This document shows, piece by piece, positions 47,650 to 57,929 of a stretch of 64,000 bases of DNA. The first letter of the stretch is position 1; the number at the start of each line of letters is the position of its first letter. Position numbers and translations under genes: made by a program. Source of the DNA: an uncultured Bordetella sp. (lineage in GTDB: Bacteria; Pseudomonadota; Gammaproteobacteria; Burkholderiales; Burkholderiaceae_C). Under the pieces are notes generated by a model that was not told the origin of the DNA, did no database searches, and saw only the letters and a list, made by a program, of their open reading frames with translations. Location: positions 21,199 through 85,198 of the forward strand of contig CAYMJT010000001.1 of NCBI GenBank assembly GCA_964390775.1, in the 5' to 3' direction.

Positions 47650-49461
47650 TTAGAACGCTTCTTCTGGTAATTCGCCAAAGACATTGTCGCCTGTGCTCAC
47701 CACACCCAGCCATGCGTCAATTTTGGGTAATTCATGCCGGAAAAAAAATCGACACGCGGCTTTTCGGCCTTGGGAGAGAATATCGTTCGCACCATCCGAT
47801 TGCGCCACATCTAGCCAGATCCAGGCCAAAACCACATGGCCAAATGCTTGCATGTAAGGCACCGCATTGGCCAGGGCCTGTGCCGGGGGGTATTGCCAGG
47901 CTTGGACCGTGGCCAGTTGTAAACGCTGCCAGGACTGTCGCAAAGCTTGGGCGCAAGGCGTCCAAGCAGGATCGGATTCGCAGGCTTTCAGCGTGGCCTC
48001 GATCCGCTCGCCCAAGCGCTTTAAACCCAGCCCACCCTGCTGGCGCACTTTGCGCCCCAACAGGTCCTGAGCCTGGATGCCGTGTGTGCCCTCGTGAATC
48101 ATATTTAAACGGTTATCTCGCCAATATTGCTCGACCGGGAAGTCACGGGTATAGCCGTACCCACCATGGATCTGGATGGCCAGGCTATTGGCTTCCAGAC
48201 ACCATTCGCTGGGCCAGCTTTTGGCGATCGGGGTCAGGACCTCGAGTAAATCGCGTGCCTGCGAGGCTTGTTCGGGCGTGCCCGTATGCGCGTCATCGAC
48301 CAACCGGGCGCAATACAGAGCCAAAGCCAGGGCCCCTTCGGCATAGGCTTTTTGGGCCAACAGCATACGCCGTACATCGGCGTGTTCGATGATGCGAACC
48401 ATAGGCTGGGTGGGGTCTTTGCCCGCTTCGGTCAAAGGCCGGCCTTGCGGGCGTTGACGGGCATATTCCAGCGAGGCCTGATAGCCGGCCATACCTAACA
48501 TGGTCGCTGCCATGCCCACGCCGATGCGCGCTTCGTTCATCATATGAAACATGCAGCGCAAACCCTCGCCCACCTCGCCGACCCGATAGCCAACGGCCCC
48601 CGCTCGTCCATCCACCGGGTACTTGCCTTCGCCAAAATTAAGCAAAGTGTTGACAGTCCCACGCCAACCACATTTGTGATTCAAGCCGGCCAAGGCCACA
48701 TCGTTGCGAGCCATGATGCGTCCATGGGTATCGACCAGGTGTTTGGGAACAATAAAAAGTGAAATACCGCGAGTGCCCGGGACCAGTCGACCGTCGGGGC
48801 CCGGAATTTTGGCCAGCACCAGATGGACAATGTTTTCGGTCAATTCATGGTCTCCATTGGAGATCCACATTTTGTGCCCCACCAGACGATAACGCGGACC
48901 TAGAGGATCGTGCTCAAAATCGATGCCATCGGGCTCGGCTCGGGTCACGATATCGCTTAGTGATGAACCTGCTTGCGGCTCGCTCAGGCACATGGTTCCC
49001 GCCCACAGACCGCTCAACTCACGCTGGGCAAACAACTGCTTTTGCATGGGAGTGCCATGGGCCAACAATAAATTGGCGTTACCCACGGTCAACATATGGG
49101 CCCCCATGCTGACCGATGCGCAGGCGAAAAAGGCGTTGGCCGCAGACTCCACCGTAAAGGGCAATTGCATGCCGCCCCACTGTGCAGATTGCGCAGCAGA
49201 CAACATTCCGGATTCAACATAGGCTCGATGGGCCTCATGCGTCGCGCTGGGTAATATCACCCGCTCGCCGTCAAACTGTGGCTCTTGCTGATCGAGCAAG
49301 CGATTGAATGGGGCGTATTTCTCTTTGGCGATGCGCTCGCAAGTGTCAAGAACCGCGGTAAAGGTTTCCCAACTGTGATCGGCGTGCCGTTCGCGCTGGC
49401 ACAGATCGGTGACCCGCAGCCATTCGAACAGCAGATGATCGACGGTATGGCGCAGGCTCAC
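47650..49461 (-). CDS. Acyl-CoA dehydrogenase (long form, FadE/DmdC-like)
   Basis: [33 protein letters not shown] start overlaps the thiolase stop. Confidence 0.92.
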   Translation of the reverse strand: MSLRHTVDHLLFEWLRVTDLCQRERHADHSWETFTAVLDTCERIAKEKYAPFNRLLDQQEPQFDGERVILPSATHEAHRAYVESGMLSAAQSAQWGGMQLPFTVESAANAFFACASVSMGAHMLTVGNANLLLAHGTPMQKQLFAQRELSGLWAGTMCLSEPQAGSSLSDIVTRAEPDGIDFEHDPLGPRYRLVGHKMWISNGDHELTENIVHLVLAKIPGPDGRLVPGTRGISLFIVPKHLVDTHGRIMARNDVALAGLNHKCGWRGTVNTLLNFGEGKYPVDGRAGAVGYRVGEVGEGLRCMFHMMNEARIGVGMAATMLGMAGYQASLEYARQRPQGRPLTEAGKDPTQPMVRIIEHADVRRMLLAQKAYAEGALALALYCARLVDDAHTGTPEQASQARDLLEVLTPIAKSWPSEWCLEANSLAIQIHGGYGYTRDFPVEQYWRDNRLNMIHEGTHGIQAQDLLGRKVRQQGGLGLKRLGERIEATLKACESDPAWTPCAQALRQSWQRLQLATVQAWQYPPAQALANAVPYMQAFGHVVLAWIWLDVAQSDGANDILSQGRKAACRFFFRHELPKIDAWLGVVSTGDNVFGELPEEAF

Positions 49462-50633
49462 AGCACTTCAAAAATACCTGCCGCGCCCATGCCACCCCCA
49501 ATGCACATGGTCACCGCAACCCGTTTGGCCCCCCGCCGCTTGCCTTCGATCAAAGCGTGGCCGGTCAGTCGTTGGCCACTGACTCCATAGGGATGCCCCA
49601 AGGCAATGGCACCACCGTTGACATTGAGTCGCTCGGGGGGAATCCCCAAACGATCGCGGCAATACAACACTTGAACCGCAAAGGCCTCGTTGAGTTCCCA
49701 TAAATCGATGTCGCCCACCTTCAGCCCGAGTCTGTCCAGGACTTTAGGTACGGCGAACACGGGACCGATGCCCATTTCATCGGGTTCACAGCCGGCCACA
49801 GCAAAACCCAAAAAGCGGCCCAAGGGTTTCAGCCCCCTGCGTTGGGCGAGCGCCTCGTCCATGACCACGCAGGCTCCGGCCCCGTCGGAGAATTGGCTGG
49901 CGTTACCGGCCGAAATCGAACCACCGGGCATGGCGGACTTGATGCCGCTGATGCCCTCGGCTGTGGTGCCCTCACGCAAGCCCTCATCCTTGTCCACCGT
50001 GACTTCCTTGGTCATCAGCCCCATCACCTTGTCAGCGATACCGGCCTTGACTGTGATCGGAGCGATTTCGTCCTTGAATTTGCCCGCCGCTTGTGCGGCA
50101 CAGGCTTTTTGCTGACTGGCTGCGCCGTACTCGTCCATGGCCTCGCGTGAAATGCCATAGCGCTTGGCCACTTGCTCGGCGGTTTGCAACATGGGCCAAT
50201 AAATTTCGGGCTTGGACTTGAGCAAAATGGGGTCCTGAAACATGTGCATGTTCATCTCTTGTTGCACACAGGAAATACTCTCGACACCGCCAGCCACATA
50301 GGTGTCGCCCTCCCCAGCAATGATGCGCTGCGCCGCCATGGCAATGGTCTGTAGACCGGACGAGCAAAAACGGTTGATCGTCACACCACTCACACTGATG
50401 GGTAGACCGCCCGCCAGTGCACATTGGCGTGCAATATTCCAACCGGTGGCACCCTCAGGGTTGGCGCAACCCATCAGCACATCTTCCACTTCGGCGGGAT
50501 CGATGCCAGCTCGCTCGACTGCCTGCCGAATGGCGTGTCCACCCAGGGTCGCGCCATGGGTCATGTTGAAAGCACCTTTCCAGCTTTTGGTCAGCGGGGT
50601 ACGGGCGGTGGAGACAATGACAGCCTTGCTCAT
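49458..50633 (-). CDS. Acetyl-CoA C-acyltransferase (thiolase, PimB-like)
   Basis: NRFCSSG, NEAF, GHPYG, MCIGGG; start ATG 50633. Confidence 0.93.
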   Translation of the reverse strand: MSKAVIVSTARTPLTKSWKGAFNMTHGATLGGHAIRQAVERAGIDPAEVEDVLMGCANPEGATGWNIARQCALAGGLPISVSGVTINRFCSSGLQTIAMAAQRIIAGEGDTYVAGGVESISCVQQEMNMHMFQDPILLKSKPEIYWPMLQTAEQVAKRYGISREAMDEYGAASQQKACAAQAAGKFKDEIAPITVKAGIADKVMGLMTKEVTVDKDEGLREGTTAEGISGIKSAMPGGSISAGNASQFSDGAGACVVMDEALAQRRGLKPLGRFLGFAVAGCEPDEMGIGPVFAVPKVLDRLGLKVGDIDLWELNEAFAVQVLYCRDRLGIPPERLNVNGGAIALGHPYGVSGQRLTGHALIEGKRRGAKRVAVTMCIGGGMGAAGIFEVL

Positions 50634-50655
50634 GACAATATCCTTTGAGTGGGGT

Positions 50656-52764
50656 TCACTTGATGTTATTGAAAGTCTGGCCTTCGGCCACCAGTCGAGC
50701 CAACAAAGGCGCGGGTTGCCAGAATTTGGCATCGTCGTGCGGATTGCGGGCAAACCTCTGCATGGCTTGGACGACGTTGAACAGTCCAAACTGGTCGGCA
50801 TACAGCATGGGGCCGCCTCGGTGTACAGGAAAGCCGTAGCCGGTGATGTAGACCACGTCGATGTCGCTGGCCTTGGCGGCTATGCCCTCCTCCAAAATGT
50901 GTGCCGCCTCGTTGACGAGCGAAAACACCAGTCGTTGCACGATTTCCTCATCGCCAATCTTGCGCGGTTCGATTCCCAGGGATTTGCGATGGCGCTCGAT
51001 CATGTCCTCCACCCATTGGGATGGGATGGCGTCGCGCTTGCCAGGTTTGTAGTCATACCAACCGGAGCCGGTTTTTTGCCCATAACGCCCCTCCTCGCAC
51101 AACAAATCGGCGGTTTTGCTGTAGCGCAGGTGCGGTTTTTCGACATAGCGACGTTTCCTGATCGCCCATCCTATGTCGTTGCCAGCCAGGTCACCCATGC
51201 GAAACGGACCCATGGCAAAACCGAATTTTTCAATCGCCCGGTCCACCTGCGCTGGGGTGCAACCTTCTTCCAGCAAAAATCCGGCCTGACGAGAATACTG
51301 TTCGATCATGCGATTGCCGATAAAACCGTCGCAAACCCCGGAGACCACCGCCGTTTTCTTGATTTTTTTGGCCACCGCCATGACGCTGGCCATGACATCC
51401 TTGGCAGTTTCGGTGCCGCGCACCACTTCCAATAATTTCATCACATTGGCTGGGCTGAAAAAGTGCATACCCACCACATCTTGGGGACGGCGGGTGAAGC
51501 CAGCAATTTGATTCACATCGAGCGTCGATGTATTGCTGGCCAAAATCGCTCCCGGTTTCATGACTTGATCGAGTTTTTTGAACACCGCCTCTTTGACACC
51601 GATTTCCTCGAACACGGCCTCAATCACCAAATCGGCTTGGGCAATGTCCTCGTAGTTCAGCGTGGTGCTCAGTAATCCCATGCGTTGTTGATAGACCTCG
51701 GCTTTGAGCTTGCCCTTCGCCACTTGGGCTTCGTAGTTCTTGCGCACGGTTGCCAAACCACGATCCAGAGCTTCTTGTTTCATCTCCAAAATCTTCACCG
51801 GTAGGCCCGCGTTGAGAAAATTCATGGCGATCCCTCCACCCATGGTGCCTGCGCCTATGATGGCGACCTGCGCTATGGCTCGGGTCGGGGTACTGTCGGG
51901 AACGTCGGCGATCTTGGAAGCGGCGCGCTGGGCCACAAACAAATGTCGCAAAGCTCGACACTCGGGGGTGAACATCAGGTTGATGAAGAGCTCGCGCTCC
52001 AACGCCATGCCCTCATCAAATCGTCGCTGCGTGGACGCCTGAACGGCATCAACACACTTGGCCGGTGCTGGAAAATTTTTCGACATGCCCTTGACCATAT
52101 TTCGGGCAAATTGAAAATAAGCGTCGCCCATGGGGTGCTTGCACGGCAAGTCACGCACCCGAGGCAAGGGACGCTGATCCGCCACCTGACGCGCAAAAGC
52201 GATGGCCTCTTCCAGCAAACTGTGGGCCGAGGCTGCCATTTTGTCGAACAACTTTTGTCCGGGTAAGGTCGCCAATCGTTCGCTGGCAATCGCTTCGCCA
52301 CTCACAATCATGTTGAGGGCGGCTTCAACACCCAGCACCCTGGGCAGACGCTGGGTCCCACCAGCGCCGGGAATGAGCCCAATTTTGACTTCAGGCAGTG
52401 CCACGCTGCAACCGGGGGCGGCAATCCGATAGTGACAGCCCAAGGCCAACTCCAGACCACCGCCCATGACCACCGTGTGGAGTGCCGCCACCACCGGCTT
52501 GTTCGAATTGTCCAGGGCAGCAATCAGGCTGAGCAGATTGGGCTCTTGGGTGGCTTTGGGAGAACCGAACTCTTTGATGTCAGCGCCACCAGAAAACGCC
52601 TTGCCGGCCCCAGTTACCACGATGGCTTTGACTTGCGCACTTTCCAATGCCTTTTGCAGTCCATCGACAAAAGCCAGCCGGGTGGACAAGCCCAGTCCGT
52701 TGACAGGTGGATTGTTCAAGCTGATGACGGCCACGTCACCTTGAACCTGATAATCTGCGCTCAT
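50656..52764 (-). CDS. Bifunctional enoyl-CoA hydratase/3-hydroxyacyl-CoA dehydrogenase (FadB/PimF-like)
   Basis: N-terminal crotonase ([20 protein letters not shown]); GAGTMG, SNTS, HFFSPA, GFIGNR. Confidence 0.95.
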   Translation of the reverse strand: MSADYQVQGDVAVISLNNPPVNGLGLSTRLAFVDGLQKALESAQVKAIVVTGAGKAFSGGADIKEFGSPKATQEPNLLSLIAALDNSNKPVVAALHTVVMGGGLELALGCHYRIAAPGCSVALPEVKIGLIPGAGGTQRLPRVLGVEAALNMIVSGEAIASERLATLPGQKLFDKMAASAHSLLEEAIAFARQVADQRPLPRVRDLPCKHPMGDAYFQFARNMVKGMSKNFPAPAKCVDAVQASTQRRFDEGMALERELFINLMFTPECRALRHLFVAQRAASKIADVPDSTPTRAIAQVAIIGAGTMGGGIAMNFLNAGLPVKILEMKQEALDRGLATVRKNYEAQVAKGKLKAEVYQQRMGLLSTTLNYEDIAQADLVIEAVFEEIGVKEAVFKKLDQVMKPGAILASNTSTLDVNQIAGFTRRPQDVVGMHFFSPANVMKLLEVVRGTETAKDVMASVMAVAKKIKKTAVVSGVCDGFIGNRMIEQYSRQAGFLLEEGCTPAQVDRAIEKFGFAMGPFRMGDLAGNDIGWAIRKRRYVEKPHLRYSKTADLLCEEGRYGQKTGSGWYDYKPGKRDAIPSQWVEDMIERHRKSLGIEPRKIGDEEIVQRLVFSLVNEAAHILEEGIAAKASDIDVVYITGYGFPVHRGGPMLYADQFGLFNVVQAMQRFARNPHDDAKFWQPAPLLARLVAEGQTFNNIK

Positions 52765-52784
52765 TCTTGATCCTCGAAAAATAA

Positions 52785-52814
52785 AATAGAACGGTCGTTC
52801 GAAATGTCATTCTA
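52785..52814 (-). promoter_or_regulatory. TetR-type (FadP-like) operator just downstream of a -10 element, upstream of the fadB/pimF-like gene
   Basis: AATAGAACGGTCGTTCGAAAT with core GAACG-GT-CGTTC (52789-52800); TAGAAT on the minus strand at 52809-52814. Confidence 0.65.
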
Positions 52815-52849
52815 GAGCCAGCAGGAAAGGCCTGGCACAGGGTTGTCAC

Positions 52850-53548
52850 TCATGATATTTCAAGCCATTCCCGCCGTATCGACTCTTGGTTCCTGAATTG
52901 TTGTGGGGTGCCCGCAAAGACCACCTGACCGTGCCCCATCACCAGCACCCGATCACTGATATCTAAGGCGATGGTCAGTTTTTGCTCGATCAATAAAACC
53001 GAGATCCGTTTGGCTCGCAGGGCTTTGAGGTATTGGGCGACCTGTTCGACCACCAGCGGTGCCAGGCCTTCAGTGGGTTCGTCGACCATGATCAGGTCTG
53101 GGTCTCCCATGAGGGTACGGCACAAGGTCAGCATTTGTTGTTCTCCGCCTGACAACAATCCTGCCTCGACCTGTGCACGCTCTTTCAGCCTAGGAAACAT
53201 GGCATACATATCGTCCAGTTGCCAACGACCAGGTTTTTGTCTTGGTTTGATGCCCAACAGCAGGTTTTCTTCAACCGTCAGGCGCGCAAATACATCCCGG
53301 TTCTCGGGCACGTAGCCCAAGCCCAATTGGGCGATGCGATGGGTGGGTACGCCCAGCAAAGTTTGGCCGCGCCATTGAATTTGCCCTCGGGCATCGAGCA
53401 ATCCCATGATGGCCTTGGCAGTGGTTGATCGGCCCGATCCGTTGCGCCCCAACAGGGCGACGATCTCGCCCGGCGAGATGTCAAAATTGACGCCATGCAA
53501 CACATGGCTTTTGCCATAAAAGGCATTCAGATTCCGAACACTCAACAC
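52850..53548 (-). CDS. Branched-chain-type ABC transporter ATP-binding protein (LivF-like)
   Basis: GRNGSGRST, LSGGEQQML, DEPTEGLAP. Confidence 0.92.
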   Translation of the reverse strand: MLSVRNLNAFYGKSHVLHGVNFDISPGEIVALLGRNGSGRSTTAKAIMGLLDARGQIQWRGQTLLGVPTHRIAQLGLGYVPENRDVFARLTVEENLLLGIKPRQKPGRWQLDDMYAMFPRLKERAQVEAGLLSGGEQQMLTLCRTLMGDPDLIMVDEPTEGLAPLVVEQVAQYLKALRAKRISVLLIEQKLTIALDISDRVLVMGHGQVVFAGTPQQFRNQESIRREWLEIS

Positions 53549-55635
53549 GCCGTCCCCTCCTCCGACTCTCCCAAATAGGCCAGGCGCACCTTCGGGTCGG
53601 CACGCACACGTTGCGGGGTGTCGAAGGCGATGACCTCACCATACACGAGCACCGCCACGCGGTCGGCCAGGCCAAACACCACATCCATATCGTGCTCCAC
53701 CATCAACAGGGTTTTGCCTTCGGTCAAGCGGCGAATCATGCCGATCATATAGTTCGTCTCAGCCCGACTCATACCCGCAGTGGGTTCATCCAGCAAAATC
53801 AATTCATTGCCCGCCGCCAATGTCACCGCCAATTCCAGCGCCCTTTGCTCGGCATAGGTCAAATTCATGGCCAGTTCGTGCCTGCGATGCTGCAAGCGCA
53901 CATCGTCCAGCAGTTGCTCGGCTCTTTCGCTGACGTCGGTCAAGGCATTCAGATCACGCCAAAAACGATAGCCGTGTCCTAATCTGTACAACACACTGCA
54001 ACGCAAATTGTCCCAAACGCTCAGGCGCCCAAAGACATGGGTCATTTGAAAGCTGCGAGACAGCCCTAGGCGCTGAATGGCCTGAGGTTTGAGGCCTGCC
54101 ACATCCTGCCCGCGCAAAATGACCCGACCGGAAGTGGGCTCAAATCGACCGCTGATGAGGTTGAAAAGCGTCGATTTGCCCGCCCCATTGGGTCCAATCA
54201 GCGCCACCCGTTCGCCTTGGTGTATGTCTAGATCGACCCCCCGAATGATCTGGGTCGCCCCAAATTGTTTGTGCAGCCCGCTCAGGGCCAGTGTGACGGG
54301 CGCACTGGCGGGGATGGGGCGCGCAGCGGGCGGCCCTTTATCCTCTGCGCTGCTTGTCTGCTGTTGAGGCCCTGTCGGACCGGTGGCGACGGATGAATCA
54401 GCGGGCAAGGCCAAACTCAGCCACGACTCCCAACGACTTTTAAATCCCCTCCAAGCGAACATCAAGGACAGCAGGCCCAACACGGCCCAGGCACTGACCC
54501 AGGTCCAAGTAGACGCCGAAGAGGTATCCCACAGGCTCGAACCCAGCTTGAGCACTGGCGTCAAGGCGGCGTTGAGTTGCAGGTGATAGATCATCTCGAT
54601 CCAGACCCCCAAGCCAGCCAGCCCGAGCATAGCTACAGGGACCAGCAAGGCATAGGCTTTGAGCATGGGTAAGCCTAGGCCGCGCTGAAACAGACGCAGA
54701 TGTTGCATCACTAAACCAGCGATGCCCCCAGGAACAAACATCACCATCAGGACAAATACCAATCCCAGATAAAGCAACCAGGCCTGTGTCCATTCGGACC
54801 AAAGCACCCCCGCCACCACCATCAGGACCGCCCCCAATATCGGCCCTATGAAAAAAGTGGCTCCGCCCAAAAAGACGAACAGCAAATAAGCCCCAGATCG
54901 GTGGGCGCTGACCACTTCGGAGGTCACAATTTCGAAATTCAATGCTGCCAGCCCTCCACCGATACCGGCAAAAAAAGCCGAGAGACAAAAAGCGATGTAG
55001 CGCACCATCCGAGGGTCGTAGCCAACAAATGCAACGCGCTCGGGGTTGTCACGCACCGCATTGAGCATGCGGCCCAAAGGGGTTTGGGTCAGGGCATACA
55101 TCAACCAGGTGCACACCCAAACGTAAATGGCGATCAGTGCATACAACTCGATTTGTGGCCCCAGGGTGATGCCCCAAGGTTGGGCCCCCGTGACCCGGTT
55201 GCCGCTGATGCCTCCTTCCCCGCCAAAGAACCCAGGGAACATGAGCGACATGGCCCAAACCAACTCACCCACGCCCAAGGTGATCATGGCAAAGGGAGTG
55301 GCCGCCTTTTGTGTGCTGACCCAACCCAGCAACAAGGCCACGCACAGTGCACTGGCACCGCCAACCAATGGGACCAAAGAGACCGGAAGGGGAAGTTGGC
55401 CCGCGCTGACTGCATTGAGGGTATGGATGGCCAAAAACGCCCCTAATCCCGAATACACCGCGTGACCGAAACTGAGCATCCCGCCCTGGCCCAGTAATAT
55501 GTTGTAGCTCAGACAAACAATCATGGCGATGCCTATCTGACTCAGTAGATTGTGGGCCAAACTGGAATTGAATATCAATGGCATAAATGCCATCAACAGC
55601 GCATAGGCCAACCAAAGCCGCCACCCTTTGAGCAT
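53542..55635 (-). CDS. Fused LivM-like permease and LivG-like ATP-binding protein
   Basis: N-terminal LSFGHA, GGEGG, AVRDNPER; low-complexity linker; C-terminal GPNGAGKST, LLDEPTAG, VEHDM. Confidence 0.88.
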   Translation of the reverse strand: MLKGWRLWLAYALLMAFMPLIFNSSLAHNLLSQIGIAMIVCLSYNILLGQGGMLSFGHAVYSGLGAFLAIHTLNAVSAGQLPLPVSLVPLVGGASALCVALLLGWVSTQKAATPFAMITLGVGELVWAMSLMFPGFFGGEGGISGNRVTGAQPWGITLGPQIELYALIAIYVWVCTWLMYALTQTPLGRMLNAVRDNPERVAFVGYDPRMVRYIAFCLSAFFAGIGGGLAALNFEIVTSEVVSAHRSGAYLLFVFLGGATFFIGPILGAVLMVVAGVLWSEWTQAWLLYLGLVFVLMVMFVPGGIAGLVMQHLRLFQRGLGLPMLKAYALLVPVAMLGLAGLGVWIEMIYHLQLNAALTPVLKLGSSLWDTSSASTWTWVSAWAVLGLLSLMFAWRGFKSRWESWLSLALPADSSVATGPTGPQQQTSSAEDKGPPAARPIPASAPVTLALSGLHKQFGATQIIRGVDLDIHQGERVALIGPNGAGKSTLFNLISGRFEPTSGRVILRGQDVAGLKPQAIQRLGLSRSFQMTHVFGRLSVWDNLRCSVLYRLGHGYRFWRDLNALTDVSERAEQLLDDVRLQHRRHELAMNLTYAEQRALELAVTLAAGNELILLDEPTAGMSRAETNYMIGMIRRLTEGKTLLMVEHDMDVVFGLADRVAVLVYGEVIAFDTPQRVRADPKVRLAYLGESEEGTAC

Positions 55636-55638
55636 GCC

Positions 55639-56586
55639 TTAACCCTCGCGCGTGCCAAGCAATCCGCGTGGACGAAAAATCAGCATCAACACCAAAAACA
55701 AATAAGGCAAGATGGGGGCCACCTGGCTGACTTTGAGCGACCACAGGGCGTGTCCCCAGGACTCAGGCCCCAGAGTCCAGCCCACGGCCGCCAAGATCGT
55801 CTGCACCGACTGATCTATGGCCACGGCAAAGGTCTGCACGATGCCAATCAGCAAAGAGGCTAAAAAAGCCCCTGCCAATGAGCCCATCCCCCCCACCACC
55901 ACAACGACAAAAATCACCGACCCGACCGTGGCCGCCATGCCTGGCTCGGTGACAAACGCATTGCCTCCCAAAACCCCAGCCAAACCGGCCAAGGCCGAAC
56001 CGACACCAAAAACCCCCATGAACAGGCGTGGGACGTTATGTCCCAGCGTTTGCACAGTCTCGGGATGTGAGAGGGCCGCTTGAATCAGCAGCCCCGTACG
56101 GGTGCGCGTCAGCAAAAGCCACAAGATCAGCAACATCAGCAAGGAAACACCCATCATGAATGCCCGATACATGGGGAATTGAGTTTCAAACAGGGTGAAC
56201 AAAGGCCCTTCGAGTTCACTGGGTACCCGATAGTCCATGGCGCTGCGGCCCCAGACCAATTGAACCACCTCGACCACGATGTAGCTCAGGCCAAAGGTGA
56301 TCAGTAATTCAGGCACATGACCCATGGCATGAACGCGTCGCAGACACCAGCGCTCAAAAGCCGCCCCCACCAAACCCACACAGACAGGGGCCAGGCACAG
56401 GGCCCACCAGAAGCCCAGCCAGCTGCTCAGGGCATAGGCCAGGTAGGCCCCCAACATATAAAAGCTGGCGTGGGCAAAATTCAACACCCCCATCATGCTG
56501 AAAATCAGGGTTAGCCCAGAACTGAGCATGAAGAGCAACAGTCCATAGCTGAGCCCGTTGAGCAAAGAAATCGCGAAAAACTCCAT
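55639..56586 (-). CDS. Branched-chain-type ABC transporter permease (LivH-like)
   Basis: GLTLIFSMMGVLNFAH, VVVVGGMGS, RPRGLLG. Confidence 0.92.
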   Translation of the reverse strand: MEFFAISLLNGLSYGLLLFMLSSGLTLIFSMMGVLNFAHASFYMLGAYLAYALSSWLGFWWALCLAPVCVGLVGAAFERWCLRRVHAMGHVPELLITFGLSYIVVEVVQLVWGRSAMDYRVPSELEGPLFTLFETQFPMYRAFMMGVSLLMLLILWLLLTRTRTGLLIQAALSHPETVQTLGHNVPRLFMGVFGVGSALAGLAGVLGGNAFVTEPGMAATVGSVIFVVVVVGGMGSLAGAFLASLLIGIVQTFAVAIDQSVQTILAAVGWTLGPESWGHALWSLKVSQVAPILPYLFLVLMLIFRPRGLLGTREG

Positions 56587-57818
56587 CAGGGACGTTTCAT
56601 CTGGCAACTGGTGGGGGTGCTGGCGACATACGGCTCGATCTCTTTCACCAGGTCAAAGTTATAGCCCGTGTTTTCTTCGCTATAGGGCGTTTTGGTAGTG
56701 GTCTTGGTCCATTTGCTGATGTAGAGGGTTTGCTGTAATTGATGGTCAAATTTACGCATCTCGACCTCGCCGTTGTAGCTCTTGAAGCGCAATCCACTCA
56801 TGGCCTGGGCCACTTTCACCGGATCGGTACTTTTGGCTTTGGCCATGCCAGCTGATAGCAGGGCAATGCCCGAGTAGGTCTGGAAGGTGTAGTAGTCATC
56901 GTTGAAGCGAGCCTTGAAGTCGTTACGCAGTTTGGCCAATTCGCCGCCAAAATTGGAGTGACTGACGGCAATTTGACTGACGTCTTTTTCGCCGCCTGCG
57001 GCCAAGGCCGTGGGGGTTCCCGAGACTCCCGCATAGTAGGCATAGATGGCAATCTTCAAGCCAGCATCGTTAATGGCTTTGACCAGCAGGGTCATGTCTT
57101 GACCCCAATTGCCAGTCACCAGGGTATCGGCGCCCGACTGCTTGATCTTGGCCACATAGGGGGCGAAGTCTTTCACTTGGCCCAAGGGATGCAGGTCCTC
57201 GCCGACGATTTGCACGTCTTGGCGTTTTCTGGCCATGCCTTCTTTGAAGTAGCGGGCGACCTGCTGTCCGTGCGAATAATTTTGGTTCACCAAGTAAATT
57301 TTCTTGACGCTTTGGCGGTCTTTCATGAAAGAGGTCAAAGCCTCCATTTTCATGGAGGTGTCGGCGTCCAAACGGAAGTGCCAAAAGCTGCATTTCTCGT
57401 TGGTCAAGGCTGGGTCAACAGCCGCGTAATTCAGATAGACCACTTCTTTGCCCGGGTTGCGTTCGTTGTGCTTGCTGACCGCATCCGAAATGGCCAAGGC
57501 AGCGCCCGAGCCATTGCCCTGAGTCACATAACGAAAGCCTTGGTCTATAGCGGCTTTGAGGGCGTTCAAACTCTCTTGCGGGGAAGCCTTGTTGTCAAAC
57601 CCCACGATCTCGAACTTGACACCCGCCGGGTTTTTGTCCCCAGCCATGCGCTCGGCGATGAACTGCCAGCTTTTGAGTTGGTTCTGACCGACATTGGCAA
57701 AGGGACCTGAAAACGGGTCGATGTGGGCGATGCGCACGGTTTCGCCCTTTTGCGCCCAGCCCCCTTGACAGGTCAGCGCCAGAGCAGCCAGCAGGACGGG
57801 TCGAGTGAAATAAAACAT
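56586..57818 (-). CDS. Branched-chain-type ABC transporter substrate-binding protein
   Basis: Signal peptide, DPFSGPFA, YVAKIKQSGAD; AAGGAG RBS before ATG 57818. Confidence 0.9.
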   Translation of the reverse strand: MFYFTRPVLLAALALTCQGGWAQKGETVRIAHIDPFSGPFANVGQNQLKSWQFIAERMAGDKNPAGVKFEIVGFDNKASPQESLNALKAAIDQGFRYVTQGNGSGAALAISDAVSKHNERNPGKEVVYLNYAAVDPALTNEKCSFWHFRLDADTSMKMEALTSFMKDRQSVKKIYLVNQNYSHGQQVARYFKEGMARKRQDVQIVGEDLHPLGQVKDFAPYVAKIKQSGADTLVTGNWGQDMTLLVKAINDAGLKIAIYAYYAGVSGTPTALAAGGEKDVSQIAVSHSNFGGELAKLRNDFKARFNDDYYTFQTYSGIALLSAGMAKAKSTDPVKVAQAMSGLRFKSYNGEVEMRKFDHQLQQTLYISKWTKTTTKTPYSEENTGYNFDLVKEIEPYVASTPTSCQMKRP

Positions 57819-57929
57819 AGGGGTCTCCTTGATGTATGAGTGCCTCATGATACGTCCACGCCGAGCACGGGAATACCTTGGTTTTCACCTAATGAGGCAC
57901 TGAATACCAGACCCTCTTTCCCAGAGAAT

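Noticed and set aside
50302..51435. 377-aa plus-strand ORF opposite the thiolase and fadB-like genes
   Set aside because: Antisense shadow; spans two real genes
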